The notes: a model not told the origin generated them from the sequence alone. Positions 52,699 to 63,428 are shown, counted from the stretch's first letter. The stretch is DNA of 64,000 nt from an uncultured delta proteobacterium (GCA_963841435.1 CAWJCS010000005.1:832001-896000), one strand, 5' to 3'. Numbers and translations: made by a program.

Positions 52699-54045
52699 AT
52701 GAGCGAGCGCGCATGCACGATTTGGCTCCTCACCGCCGCGCTGGGTCTTGGCTGCGACGACCCGAGCACCGCCCGAAGCTGCGCGTCAGAGGACTGCTCG
52801 CACGTTTGCGTTTTCGGTGACTGCCTGGGTTCCACACGGGTCCCAGACGTCGCGTACGGCGGCAGCGGCGGCGCCTACACCGGCGGCACCAGCGGAGGCG
52901 GCTCGAGCGCGGGCGGGGCGGGAGCCACGAACGGGGGAAGCGGCGCGAGTGCCGGCCAATCGAGCGCGGGCGTGTCGGGCGGCGGCGTTCCGGCGGGCGG
53001 CGCCGCTGGCGCCGCGTGTGCACCGGGTAGCGCGGGGGAGCTCGACGTAGGGCTGACCCCCGTTTGCCTCGGCCTGCACGCGAATGCCCTGGTCACCGAT
53101 CGCGTGCGCGGCAAGCTCTACGCGGTCATCGGTGAGGACGATGTCGCGCACCCGAACGAGCTGCTCGTCATCGACGCTGAGCGCGCGGTGATCGAAGCCT
53201 CCGTCGCGATTGGCTCGAACCCCGACGCGCTCGCCCTTTCGGACGACGCGTCACGGCTCTGGGTCGCCCTTCACGGCTCCTTCAGCGTCCGCGAAGTGGA
53301 TCTTACGGTGTCGCCGCCCGCGCCCGGCAACGAATATCCGGTTCCGCCGCTCAGCTTCGAAGATCAAGGCGTCTATGCGATGAGGCTCGCCGTCTTGCCG
53401 GGAAGCACCGAGAGCATCGCCCTGTCCATAAGGTGTGACGGCTGCTCCGCGGAAGTCGTCGTGATGGATGCAGGAACGCCGCGCAGCAAACACGTGGATG
53501 AGCTTTCGATGCTCACGCCGGGACCCGAGGGCTACGTATTCGGGTACAACGACCTCACCACCGCCTACGATTTTGCGACTCTCGCAATCGATGCGTCCGG
53601 CCCGACGGCGACCCTCTTCCGATATCTGATTGACGGTTTCGACACCGAGATCACGTACGACGCGGGCTACGTCTTCGCTTCGAGCGGGCAGGTCGTGGAC
53701 GTGAGCACGCCGGACTCACCCGTTGCGGCCGGCACTTTCGCCTACGAGGGCAACGTCGTCCCGCACGCCACGCAACAGAGGGTCGTGATGCTCTCCTATT
53801 CGCCCCCCGCGGACCTCCGCACGACGCGCAACGGCACGAACACGCTAGCGCTGCGTGAGCTCGACCTTTCGACATACGGCGAACTTTTCGAAACCCAGCT
53901 TGCGGGCCAATACACCACCATTCGCGATTTCGTCGAAGTGAAACCGGGTCTCTTTGCCTTCATCGATTCGCAGGATCTCGGCATATCACCGACTGGTCGT
54001 CCGACCCGTCTGTACCTGTTCCGGGCGGCGGATTTTGCGGAGTGA
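52699..54045 (+). CDS. Lipoprotein with YncE-like beta-propeller
   Basis: 'LGLGC' lipobox, Gly linker, 'IGSNPDALALSDDASRLWVAL'. Confidence 0.75.
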   Translation: MSERACTIWLLTAALGLGCDDPSTARSCASEDCSHVCVFGDCLGSTRVPDVAYGGSGGAYTGGTSGGGSSAGGAGATNGGSGASAGQSSAGVSGGGVPAGGAAGAACAPGSAGELDVGLTPVCLGLHANALVTDRVRGKLYAVIGEDDVAHPNELLVIDAERAVIEASVAIGSNPDALALSDDASRLWVALHGSFSVREVDLTVSPPAPGNEYPVPPLSFEDQGVYAMRLAVLPGSTESIALSIRCDGCSAEVVVMDAGTPRSKHVDELSMLTPGPEGYVFGYNDLTTAYDFATLAIDASGPTATLFRYLIDGFDTEITYDAGYVFASSGQVVDVSTPDSPVAAGTFAYEGNVVPHATQQRVVMLSYSPPADLRTTRNGTNTLALRELDLSTYGELFETQLAGQYTTIRDFVEVKPGLFAFIDSQDLGISPTGRPTRLYLFRAADFAE

Positions 54046-54092
54046 CCACCGGCCGGTGATGGTTGACAGTCGCCATTGGCCTCAGTCCTGCG

Positions 54093-54161
54093 CTACGCCA
54101 CCCGTACCTCCACGGGCACCGAAATCCCCGTTGCCCACGTTGGGTATCGCCCCCGCGCAAC
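54093..54161 (+). repeat. att-like direct repeat, copy 1 (others 55326-55393 and core only 55845-55863)
   Basis: CTACGCCACCCG(T/C)ACCTCCACGGGCACCGAAAT..GGGTATCGCCCCCGCGCAAC; followed by hairpin AACGCCCTCC..GGAGGGCGTT. Confidence 0.8.
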
Positions 54162-54285
54162 TACACGTGGACAACGCCCTCCCGGCTCAAGCTCGGAGGG
54201 CGTTGCTGCATCGTCCGTCAGAAGCGCGAGGGGCATGAACTACTTTTGGAGTTCCTCGTCGGTTAGGTTCATCGCACGAAGCCGG

Positions 54286-54696
54286 TCACAGTGGGTGAAT
54301 CGGAATCGGCGCTACACCGCGCGGGATGTCGTAGTCCAACGTCCAGGCGTTGTTGCACGCGATATTGCCGGCAACGTCGCGCGATTTGTTGGTGTCCCTG
54401 GCGCAATTGCTGTTCGCGGTGAGCGGATCGTTCGCGAAGAACACCCATTCAATTTGGGCGTCCGGACGGACCAAACGGACCTCCGCCTCGATCAGCGTGC
54501 GGTACACGGCTAGCCGGAACGCGATTTCGACCGCGATGCAGTCGTGGCCGAGACGCACGGCCTCGAGGAACGCTCCATGCGCCGGCCACCCCGGCGCGAC
54601 GCCCTCGTCGAACAACTTGAAGGCTTCGCCGCACTGGCGGATCAAGTGGCTCTTTCCGGAACCGCACAGTCCGACGACGAACTTCACACGGGTCAT
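54286..54696 (-). CDS. Small P-loop NTPase/kinase-like protein
   Basis: 'FVVGLCGSGKSHL' Walker A at the N-terminus. Confidence 0.7.
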   Translation of the reverse strand: MTRVKFVVGLCGSGKSHLIRQCGEAFKLFDEGVAPGWPAHGAFLEAVRLGHDCIAVEIAFRLAVYRTLIEAEVRLVRPDAQIEWVFFANDPLTANSNCARDTNKSRDVAGNIACNNAWTLDYDIPRGVAPIPIHPL

Positions 54697-54789
54697 GGAT
54701 CAGACGTTCGGCTACGGTAGACCCGGCAATGGGTCAAGGCGGTGCAGCAACCGTGGCCTGATCGTCCGTGTCCGGACCTTCCCGGGGAG

Positions 54790-55074
54790 CTAGTTGACTG
54801 GCACGGGCGGCGCGTCGCGCGTGCTCATCGCGTAGACGTGCTCGTCATCGAACCGGTAGAGGATCCACACGTTTCGCCCGATCACTCGCCGGACGAAAGC
54901 CCGCCCCGGCCCGAACGTGGTCTCATCGTCGCCGGGGCCCGGCAGCTCGTCCGCGTTGGCCAGCGCCGCGACCGTGGCGAACACAGCGCGGAAACCAGGC
55001 GAGCCGGGCGCCATACCAAGCTCGATGACGCTGCGCCGGAAGGTCGTGCTCAGCTTGGCGACTCGTCGGGCCAC
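54790..55074 (-). CDS. Putative RelE/ParE-like toxin
   Basis: 94 aa, 'RRVIGRNVWILYRFDDEHVY'; overlaps the upstream small acidic gene. Confidence 0.5.
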   Translation of the reverse strand: MARRVAKLSTTFRRSVIELGMAPGSPGFRAVFATVAALANADELPGPGDDETTFGPGRAFVRRVIGRNVWILYRFDDEHVYAMSTRDAPPVPVN

Positions 55075-55268
55075 GGCGACTCCCCCGTCGCTGCGCAGTG
55101 CTCGAGTTGCTCCACGGTGAGCTCGATGTAGTCCCCGCGCTCGAAGTCCTGCATCGCCTGAAGCAGCTCCCGTTCGAGGTCGGGGTCCGCCTGCGCGACC
55201 CGTCGCAGCGGCGGTGCCGAGGGCGCTGCCGCAACCGGCGCTACCTGCGACTCGCTAGGCCTAGCCAT
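55050..55268 (-). CDS. Putative antitoxin
   Basis: 72 aa, acidic, 'LERELLQAMQDFERGDYIEL'. Confidence 0.5.
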   Translation of the reverse strand: MARPSESQVAPVAAAPSAPPLRRVAQADPDLERELLQAMQDFERGDYIELTVEQLEHCAATGESPWPDESPS

Positions 55269-55325
55269 GCCTCACCTTCGCACCGCCGAGCCCCTTTGTC
55301 ACGAAAGCGGCGACTCCGCGTCCGC

Positions 55326-55393
55326 CTACGCCACCCGCACCTCCACGGGCACCGAAATTCCCGTTGCCCACGCGGGTATCGCCCCCGCGCAAC
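55326..55393 (+). repeat. att-like direct repeat, copy 2
   Basis: 68 bp, few differences from copy 1; followed by hairpin GGCCTGGCTC..GAGCCGGGCC. Confidence 0.8.
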
Positions 55394-55511
55394 AACGATG
55401 CGTTGCTCCAGCAACCGAAAGAGGGCCTGGCTCACGACGAGCCGGGCCTTCGCCCTTTATCATGCGCTCGGACGAGTCCCGAGTCAGCGATCTTGGCGCA
55501 GGGTGAAGGCA

Positions 55512-55830
55512 TCACTGATCCTTCCTTGGCCGCGTGCCATCAATGAACTCCTTGAGTTCCGTGCGGATTGCGGTGGTCCGCGTCGCCACCGCCACGCGCA
55601 CGGAAGCCTCTGCCACCGTGGTCGCGTCTAGGAGCTCATCGGGTACCAGCAGCACCTTCGCCCAACGCGACAGTAACGTCTCATCCCTTTTGAATTCGAG
55701 CACCTTCGCCTTGAGGAACGGTGCGGCAGGTGTCGCGATCTTCGCCATGTTGAAGGTGGCGTGCAGGAGCACGCAGTTGCCGAGGGAGTTGCCGTCGGCC
55801 TGCGCATCGTCCTCGTTTGGGTGCGTCTCC
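55512..55830 (-). pseudogene. C-terminal fragment of a DUF1524/HNH-like (GmrSD-type) protein
   Basis: 'NSLGNCVLLHATFNMAK' resembles the xLGNLxLL...N..K motif; 5' end lost at the third att-like core. Confidence 0.5.
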
Positions 55831-55861
55831 CACCAGGCATAGCCTATCGCCCCCGCGCAAC

Positions 55862-56095
55862 CAAACCTGTTCGACGACGTGAACCTTCGTCGTGGGCAGG
55901 CCCCACGACATGCACCCGATCCAATGAAGATGGAGGATCGGTCCAGCGTCGGCGACGACAATCACGAATCGAAGCGGTGTCCTGTAGCCCAGGCGATGTC
56001 CGCGAGAACGCTGGCCTCGCCGATGGGCTCGTCCTCGAACGGCTTCTCGCCTTCGACGATCACGCGAACCTCGGCGCCTTCCGGCAAGTGCACCG
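55862..56095 (-). pseudogene. Truncated antitoxin/PIN-toxin pair
   Basis: 'HLPEGAEVRVIVEGE..' followed by an overlapping start 'IVVADAGPILHLHWIG', cut at the att-like core. Confidence 0.55.
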
Positions 56096-56250
56096 CCGTC
56101 GTGCTCGAGCCGGATGATCTCTTGGTCCCCCTCCTGCTCTTTTGCCCTCTCGCCCCTCTCGCCTCCCAACCGCGGCGGGGTCAGGCGTCACCCACCAAAG
56201 CCTCCGCCCGCCCTTCACCCTCGTTTTCCCAGTTCGAATGCCCTTGGCGC
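56093..56250 (+). mobile_element. Deleted IS91 derivative: internal transposase piece fused to oriIS-like end B
   Basis: Matches ~45575-45607 joined to ~45966-46090. Confidence 0.8.
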
Positions 56251-56360
56251 CGCGATGGAGCGCATGGCCGGCGTACGCACGAACTCGGGTGAGACGCTGC
56301 GCGGCGCGGCGGCCATCGCGTACCTGCGCGATCAGTTCGAGAACGCAGGGGGCACGGCCG

Positions 56361-56460
56361 GGGGATAGGCGAAGCAAACGCATCCGTCGCGGTGGATGGC
56401 GTGCTGGACTTTACGGATCGCCGAATATGCGATCCAGCCTGCCTGCGGGCCGGACCGCTG
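56361..56460 (-). repeat. ~100-bp element A, copy 4 (inverted)
   Basis: Near-identical to 6713-6812. Confidence 0.9.
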
Positions 56461-56676
56461 AGTGGAAGGCGCGATAGATGGCGACCCAGCACCAATGCGG
56501 CGCCCAGCGACAGGCGGTCCCGATCCGGGTCGTTCTGCGGGCCGACGCGCATCAAGCGGGCACAGAACCCATCCGATCCACCCGACGAAACCAAGTGGCC
56601 AGTGCGAAGGCGGTGCCAAGCTCGCGTGAACCCGCTTGCATGGGCCGTCCCGCCTTGTGCTAGGAGCGCGTTTTCG

Positions 56677-57930
56677 ATGCGAATCGCTGCCCACGGCATG
56701 ATCACCGACGTCGGCGGCAGCGGCGCCGGCGCCTTCACCCTGCTGCTCGCGACGCTGCTCGAGCAGGGACACGACGTGACGTTCTACGGTGTGCCGCGCT
56801 TCACCGAGCCGAAGTCGCTCAGTCGCTTTCCCCGGTATCGCTACGTGCCGATGCACGTCGAGGCCCTTCGGCCCCTCTGGCTGACGGCATGGCGCATCAA
56901 GGGTCGCTACCCGTCGGCGGTGGTCTCGAGCGCCGCGCACGTCCTCTATCAGCAGCGAGCCATCCGCGAGATGGAGCGTGCTCCAGCGGAGGAGCGCGCC
57001 GACTTCGTGCTCTGCCTGGATGCCGTCAACTTGTGGCGCTCCAAGCTACCGGTGCTCAGCTGGCCACAGTCCCCCCCGCAAACGGAATGGGCGGCGCTCA
57101 GAAAGCCTCACATCCGGCGTGAGGTGCTCGGGGCATCGGGTCGTTCGCATCTCCTCGCGGTCGAGGCCTTCTACGCCTACCGCTGGGCTCAGGCGCGCCT
57201 CACGATGAGCCACAGCGACGTGATCGCGTGCGCCAGCCGCTGGTCGCTCGAGCACTGGCTCCGCTTCGGTCTGGACCCCGCGCGGGCGCGGACCATCGCC
57301 TACCCCATCGACGTGGCGAGCTTCGCCAAGGTGCCGCTGCCAGGATCCTCGCCGGAGCGGCGTGTGCGCTTCCTGTGGCTCGGCCGCGCCATCCCTCGCA
57401 AGCGGCTGGACCTGTTCCTCGAGGGAGTCTCGCTCTTGCGCGCGCGCCACGACGACGTGGAGGCGCTTCTGGTCGGGCGCCTCGACGCCGATCCCGCCGC
57501 CCGCCCGCTGCTCGCGCGCTACGCAGCGAACCCGAGCATCCACGTGGAGCCGGGCGTCCCTCGCAGCGCGGTGCCAGAGCTGTTCGCGAGAGCCGACGTG
57601 CTGGTCCAGCCGAGCGAGAACGAGAACTTCGGCTTCAGCGTCGCGGAGGCGCTCTCGGCGGGTCGTCCCATCGTGGCAGGCCCGACGAACGGCACGCTCG
57701 ACTACGCCGGCGACGCCGCCTTCCCGTTCGAGCGGTACGACGCCGCGGCCGTCGCTGAAGCGCTCGGTCGCGCACGACGAGCGGTGCTCGACGACGGCGA
57801 GCGCATTGCACGGCTCGGGCGCGAAGCGGCACACCGACACTTCGATCCGGTGGGCGTCGCGGCGCGGGTTTGCGAGCTCGGCGCCGAAGCCGCCGCCCGC
57901 AAGGCTCACCGTGGAGACAGCGGCAAGTAG
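56677..57930 (+). CDS. Glycosyltransferase family 4
   Basis: 'FLWLGRAIPRKRLDLF', 'ADVLVQPSENENFGFSVAEALSAGRPIV'. Confidence 0.9.
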   Translation: MRIAAHGMITDVGGSGAGAFTLLLATLLEQGHDVTFYGVPRFTEPKSLSRFPRYRYVPMHVEALRPLWLTAWRIKGRYPSAVVSSAAHVLYQQRAIREMERAPAEERADFVLCLDAVNLWRSKLPVLSWPQSPPQTEWAALRKPHIRREVLGASGRSHLLAVEAFYAYRWAQARLTMSHSDVIACASRWSLEHWLRFGLDPARARTIAYPIDVASFAKVPLPGSSPERRVRFLWLGRAIPRKRLDLFLEGVSLLRARHDDVEALLVGRLDADPAARPLLARYAANPSIHVEPGVPRSAVPELFARADVLVQPSENENFGFSVAEALSAGRPIVAGPTNGTLDYAGDAAFPFERYDAAAVAEALGRARRAVLDDGERIARLGREAAHRHFDPVGVAARVCELGAEAAARKAHRGDSGK

Positions 57931-58098
57931 CCGACGAAGCCTCATCTGTACCTGAAACCAGGGGGGACTCCGCCGGCATTGGACGGCGCGCTGCCGCCCC
58001 GCTATTCGAGCGAGCAGCCGCTCCGGTGGCTCACCGTCCCGGAGCTCCGTCGAATGATTGGTGAGTCCAAAGCAACTTAGCGTAGGAAGGAGCGCAGG

Positions 58099-58401
58099 GT
58101 GTCGCAGCAATCTCACGAGGATCAGAAGGACCGGGCCGAGCTCGCCGAGCTCCGCTCCGCGCTCGCCAAGCTCCGCTCTGCGCTCGGCAAGCTGAACGCG
58201 CACGCCGACGAGCTGTCGCACCGCCTCGAAGCCCGATGCACCACGGCGGCGGCCGCTCCGGTTGACGAAGCGAGCCGCCTGCGGCGGATGCTGGCGGAAA
58301 AGACGATCCTCGTCACCGGCGGCACCGGCTACCTCGGTCGCAGTTTGGTCCGGGCGTTGCTCCCGTACGAGGCGCACAGCGCGAGGCACCGGGGCCCATG
58401 A
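58099..58401 (+). pseudogene. Truncated NAD-dependent sugar epimerase/dehydratase N-terminus
   Basis: 'KTILVTGGTGYLGRSLV' then ends abruptly. Confidence 0.55.
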
Positions 58402-59417
58402 CACCGCTTATCGAGCGAGCCAAACGCAGCTTGAGCTTCCGGGCCAAGCGCGCGGTCACGCGCGCCATCTACGTCGGCCAGTGGGGTGGCCAGCAAACGG
58501 TGACGCCGGCGCGCGCCCGCCGCTACCGCGAAGTGTCGGAGCGGCTCTTCTCCGACGCTCATCGCCGACGCCAGGATCTTGCCGGGCGGCTCACGCCGAC
58601 GCGCTCGCTGGTGGTCCCGGAGCAAACGTCGCTCGCACACCAGGACGTCCGCGATCTCCCGGTGGTAGAGCGGGCGCTCGCGCGCTGCGCGGAGGTGCTC
58701 GACGCCGCGCGCGAGGGCGGCAATCTGACCCGTTTCTCCATCAACAAGAAGTACCTGTTGCGCCTGCCGCTCGACGCATCCGACCTCGACATCGGGGGGC
58801 CGTTCGTCCGCCTGGCCCTCGACCACGACCTGCTGGCGCCCGCGGCACAGTACCTCGGTACGCTACCGATCCTGCGCGAGGTTTCGCTGCTCTACTCGCC
58901 GAACGACGGGCCCATGTCCGACATGGGCAACCAAGTCGCTAGCTACAACAGCCAGTACGCGCACGTGGACGAACCGACCGATCGACACATGCGCGTCTTC
59001 GTGCACGCTTCCGACGTGAGCGAGACCTCGGGCCCCCTGCACGTCGTGCCGGCCGACGATTCGGACGCGATCAACGACTATCTCGGCCGCTCGCGCTACC
59101 TGAACCGCCTCAGCGACGAGGAGCTCGCCGACTACGGGGAGCGGGCGCTCGGGCGCCCTCCGGTCATCGAAAGAGCGCTAGGGCCACGTGGTACGGTCTG
59201 GTATGCCGACACCTGCCGCTGCTGGCACTACGGCAGCCGCCCCGGCACGGAGCCCCGCTTGGTCATCAGCATCTGGTACGCCCATCCTTTCTCCGCGAAC
59301 CTCTTACCCTACCCGCTGCAGCGCTTCAGCGAGAGCCTGCTCGGGTTTCCGCGGCTGACCCACCTCGCCAGCCAGACCCGGGACCCGATCACCCGAGCGC
59401 TCCTGGGCGTCGAATGA
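58398..59417 (+). CDS. PhyH-like Fe(II)/2-oxoglutarate dioxygenase-fold protein
   Basis: 'SQYAHVD', 'VFVHASDVSETSGPLHVVP', 'GTVWYADTCRCWHYGSR'. Confidence 0.65.
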   Translation: MTPLIERAKRSLSFRAKRAVTRAIYVGQWGGQQTVTPARARRYREVSERLFSDAHRRRQDLAGRLTPTRSLVVPEQTSLAHQDVRDLPVVERALARCAEVLDAAREGGNLTRFSINKKYLLRLPLDASDLDIGGPFVRLALDHDLLAPAAQYLGTLPILREVSLLYSPNDGPMSDMGNQVASYNSQYAHVDEPTDRHMRVFVHASDVSETSGPLHVVPADDSDAINDYLGRSRYLNRLSDEELADYGERALGRPPVIERALGPRGTVWYADTCRCWHYGSRPGTEPRLVISIWYAHPFSANLLPYPLQRFSESLLGFPRLTHLASQTRDPITRALLGVE

Positions 59418-60424
59418 GCGGTCGCGGCGAGACGGAGTCGGTTCTGGTCACCGGCGCCGCGGGCTTCATCGGCTCGCACGTCGCCGAGCGCTGTCTGGGG
59501 CTCGGCATGCGCGTCACCGCGACCGACGACCTGTCGGGTGGCTTCCGCGAGAACGTCCCGGCGGGAACCGAATGGGTCGAGGGCGACCTGCGCGACCCCG
59601 CGTTCGTCGCCTCGCTCTTCGAGCGCAATCGTTACGACGCCATCTATCACATCGCGGCCTACGCGGCCGAAGGGCTCTCCCACTTCATCCGCCGCTACAA
59701 CTACCAGACGAACCTGGTCGCTAGCGTGAACCTGCTCAACCAGGCCATCAATCACGACGTGCGCTGCTTCGTCTTCACGTCCTCGATTGCGGTGTACGGC
59801 GCCGGCCAGACGCCCATGACCGAGGAAATGCTGCCCCAGCCCGAGGATCCGTACGGCGTCTCCAAGCTCGCCGTGGAGCTCGATCTCAAGGCCGCGCACG
59901 AGATGTTCGGCATCGACTACGTCGTGTTCCGCCCGCACAACGTCTACGGCGAGCGCCAGAACATCGCGGACCGCTACCGCAACGTCGTCGGCATCTTCAT
60001 GAACCAGGTCCTGAAGGGCGAGCCGATGACGGTGTTCGGCGACGGACTGCAAACCCGCGCTTTCTCGCACGTGGACGACGTGGCGCCGCTCATCGTGAGC
60101 GCGCCGCGCGTCGCCGCCGCCAAGAACCAGATCTTCAACGTCGGCGCCGACACGCCCTACTCCGTGCTCGAGCTCGCGCACGAGGTGGCAAAGAGCTTCG
60201 GCGTCGGGCCGCGCATCAACCATCTGGCCGCCCGCAACGAGGTCGTGCACGCCTTCTCCGACCATTCGAAGGTGCGCCGCGTCTTCTCGCCCCCCGCGCC
60301 GATCCCGCTCGGCGAAGGCATCGGCCGCATGGCGGCGTGGGTGCGCGCGCGCGGTCCGGCGCGGCCCCTGACCTTTTCGGACATCGAGGTCACGAAGAAC
60401 CTGCCCCCTTCGTGGCGCGTTTGA
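59414..60424 (+). CDS. NAD-dependent epimerase/dehydratase (UDP-glucose 4-epimerase-like)
   Basis: 'VLVTGAAGFIGSH', 'FTSSIAVYG', 'YGVSK', 'FRPHNVYG'. Confidence 0.93.
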   Translation: MSGRGETESVLVTGAAGFIGSHVAERCLGLGMRVTATDDLSGGFRENVPAGTEWVEGDLRDPAFVASLFERNRYDAIYHIAAYAAEGLSHFIRRYNYQTNLVASVNLLNQAINHDVRCFVFTSSIAVYGAGQTPMTEEMLPQPEDPYGVSKLAVELDLKAAHEMFGIDYVVFRPHNVYGERQNIADRYRNVVGIFMNQVLKGEPMTVFGDGLQTRAFSHVDDVAPLIVSAPRVAAAKNQIFNVGADTPYSVLELAHEVAKSFGVGPRINHLAARNEVVHAFSDHSKVRRVFSPPAPIPLGEGIGRMAAWVRARGPARPLTFSDIEVTKNLPPSWRV

Positions 60425-61426
60425 TGCACGGAATCTCGGTCATCGTCAGCAACTTCAACGGGGCGCGTTACCTGCCGAAGCTGCTCGAGAGCCTGCGCGC
60501 GCAAACGGGTGTGACGCTCGATATCATCGTCGTCGACCGCAACAGCAAGGACGAGTCCGACGCGATCCTCGCGGGCCACCCGGACGTGACCGTGATCAAG
60601 GAACCCCCCGAATCCGGCCTCGTCGCGGGGTACCATCGTGGCGTCGCCCGGGCGCACCACGACCTCTTCTTCTTCTGCAACGAAGACATGTGGTTCGAGC
60701 CGGACTGCCTGGCACGGCTCGTCGGGCAGCTCGACGTGCCGCCGGGACCCGTCGCCGCTGTCATGCCCGTGCAGCGAACCTACGATGGGGCCGAGCTGGT
60801 CAACGCGGGCGTCTGGTTCGCACCGGCACGCTGGTACCGCGACAACCCCTTTCCGTTCCGCGCATCGGTGACGACGCCGGCCGCCGAGCCCGAAACCATT
60901 TCGGGGGTCAACGCCGGCGCGTGCCTCGTCGCCCGCCGGGCCTACGAAGACGTTCGGCGGTTGGGACACCACCTTCTTCCTCGACTACGAAGATCTCGAT
61001 CTTTCGCTCCGGCTCTGGCAGCGCGGCTACGTCTGCCGCGTCGAACCGCGAGCGCTCGTGTACCACGCGGTCGGCGCGTCGAACGCCCAGCAGCTCGGCC
61101 CTGCGCGTTCCACGGTCGGCCGCAAGCGCTACGTGGCGGCCTTCTCCAATCAGCTCGTCATCGCCTTCAAGTCGTTCACCGGCTTCGCGCCGCTCGTCGT
61201 GCCGGCCCTCGTCGCCGAGCGGCTGCTGCGCGACGCGGCCAAGTGGCGCTTCGACAACCTGGGGCTCGATCTCGCCGCCGTGCGCCTCACGTTGCAGCGC
61301 CTGCCTGAAATCGCGCGCTACCGGCGCCACAACGCGCGCTGGAACGCCGAGCGCCCGGGCCAGCGCTTCTTCCAGGAGCGCGGGTTCGACGCGGCAGAGG
61401 TCGCGCGCCGCCGCGGGGAGCCCTGA
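60424..61426 (+). CDS. Glycosyltransferase family 2 (frameshift near 60955)
   Basis: 'ISVIVSNFNGARYL..IIVVDRNSKD', 'FFCNED', and in the shifted frame 'FFLDYEDLDLSLRLW'. Confidence 0.85.
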
Positions 61427-61431
61427 CTCCC

Positions 61432-62392
61432 TTGCGCGTCCTGCACGTCTACTCCGGCAACCTGTTCGGCGGCATCGAGACGTTCCTGCTCACCCTCGCG
61501 CGCTTTGCCGGCGCCGCGCCCACGATGCGCTCCGAATTCGCGCTGTGCTTCCACGGCCGCCTCGAACGGGAGCTCTTGGAGACGGGCGCCACCATATACC
61601 AGCTGGGCGAGGTGCGAGTGCGAGCACCGTGGACCCTCCTCCGCGCTCGACGTCGTCTCGCGAAGCTCGTCCGCGACGGAGGCTACGACGTCGTCGCCTG
61701 CCACTCGGTCTGGACCCAGGCACTGCTCGGCCCCGCCGCAAAGTCCGGGCGGGCTCGCACGGTGTTCTGGCTCCACGATGCGCCGGACCACCGCGGCCTC
61801 TTCGAGCTCTGGGCGGGCCGCACGCCGACGGACCTCGCCATCTGCAACAGCCATTTCACCCTCGGCTCGCTCGCCCTGGAAAGGGCAGCTGCGGCACCTC
61901 CAGGCGCTCTCGCGACTTCCGCCCGACGCCGACTGGCTCTGCCTGATCGTCGGCGGCCCCCAGCGTCCCGTCGAGCAGACCTACGTCGCGAGCCTCGAAG
62001 CCACCGCAAAGCGCCTCGGCATCGCGCCTCGCGTGCGCTTCCTCGGCCAGCGCAGTGACGTCCTGCGCCTGCTCGCCGCCGCCGACGTCCAGTGCCAACC
62101 CAACGCCGGGCCCGAGCCGTTCGGCGTGGTCTTCATCGAAGCGCTCGCCGCCGGCCTCCCCGTCGTGACGATGGACATGGGCGGCCCCAGGGAAATCATC
62201 ACCTCCGAGGTCGGCTTCCTCGCCGCGGACGACGAAGCGCTCGCCACCATCCTGCATACGCTCGTGCACGACAAGGCGCTCGCTCGCGGCCTCGGCGCCG
62301 CGGGTCCCGCGCGCGCGCGCGCGCTGTGCGATCCGTTAACACGCATGCCGGGAATCGAGCGGACGCTCGCCTCGGTGAGACCGTTGGGGTGA
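61432..62392 (+). CDS. Glycosyltransferase family 4 (frameshift or internal deletion near 61875)
   Basis: 'RVLHVYSGNLFGGIETFL' and 'FLGQRSDV..PEPFGVVFIEALAAGLPVV'. Confidence 0.85.
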
Positions 62393-62600
62393 TCGCCAGA
62401 TCGGAGAGCGTCCACATCGCTGTTGACCGTCGAGGGATCCACGACGCCGTCGGTCATCGTGCAGCGCTTGCGGCACGCCACCGAGTAGTGCGGCTCAGCG
62501 CGTGTGGGCGACTCACCGGCACGCTTACCGAGGCCCGGTTGCGAGGAAGCGCGCGGGTTGACCCGCCCCAGCCGCTCGGGTATAGACCGCACCCCTTCTC

Positions 62601-63428
62601 ATGCTCGATAGGCTCAAGCAAAGGCTTCGCCCCATCTACATGCCGCTGATCGGGCCGCCACCCAGCCTGCTTCACCTGCTGACGGGGCGAAACGCGCATC
62701 GCGAAGCCGGCTATGTGCGAGAGTTTCACGACGTGACGTGGGGCCGTTACCGGGACTGGCTCGGCTCCGCCCGCAGCCTCGACGAATGGCTGTGCATCCC
62801 CGGTCACGACGATCGAGAGACCGTCGGTCAGATCGATGGAAAGGTCGTCTCTCATAGCTTCGACTGGCTTGCTTTCAGAGCCGGCCTGATCGGTGACGCG
62901 ATCGAGCGCCACTTCCCGGAGGCGACCTCGGTCACCGAGTACGGCTGCGGGATTGGGCGCAACCTTTTGCACCTCTGGCGGCGCTTTCCCAAGCTCGAGC
63001 TCTACGGCTACGAGCTTTCGCCTGCTGGCGTGGAGATCGCTCAGGCAGCGGCCGCGAAGTTTCAGGCACCCGTGCGCTTCGCCCAGCTCGACTACCTCAG
63101 AAGCCCTAGCGAAGCCTTCGTCTTCCCCACCACCGATCTGGCATTCACGGTGTCGTCGCTCGAGCAGCTTCCGCACACTGCTCTCGTCGCGCTCAAGAAC
63201 ATGCTGGATCGTTCGCGGCTCGGCTCCCTCCACCTCGAGCCCGTGGCGGAGAACTACCCGCTGACGTATCGGGGGCTCCTCGGCCGGCTCTACACGCGAC
63301 GCGCAGACTACGTCCGGAATTTCGACGCGGGCGTGCGTGGCTTACCGATCAAGGTGGTGCATCGCGAGGTGACCACGACCGCGCACAATCCGCTGATCTT
63401 TCCGACGCTGTACGTGCTGCGGAAGTAG
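62601..63428 (+). CDS. Class I SAM-dependent methyltransferase
   Basis: 'VTEYGCGIGRNL..LYGYELSPAGVE', 'FTVSSLEQLP'. Confidence 0.8.
   Translation: MLDRLKQRLRPIYMPLIGPPPSLLHLLTGRNAHREAGYVREFHDVTWGRYRDWLGSARSLDEWLCIPGHDDRETVGQIDGKVVSHSFDWLAFRAGLIGDAIERHFPEATSVTEYGCGIGRNLLHLWRRFPKLELYGYELSPAGVEIAQAAAAKFQAPVRFAQLDYLRSPSEAFVFPTTDLAFTVSSLEQLPHTALVALKNMLDRSRLGSLHLEPVAENYPLTYRGLLGRLYTRRADYVRNFDAGVRGLPIKVVHREVTTTAHNPLIFPTLYVLRK

Noticed and set aside
52840-52880. 'VAYGG' in the beta-propeller lipoprotein as a second splicease target
   Set aside because: A single YG in a Gly-rich linker, 8 kb from the enzyme, without the MPxYGGA context.
54062-54161. att-like repeats as integron attC sites
   Set aside because: The cores are in the wrong order (GTT...AAC) and there is no extended palindrome.
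55845-55863. tRNA gene
   Set aside because: Only a CCA-ending 3' fragment; no D, anticodon or T arms upstream.
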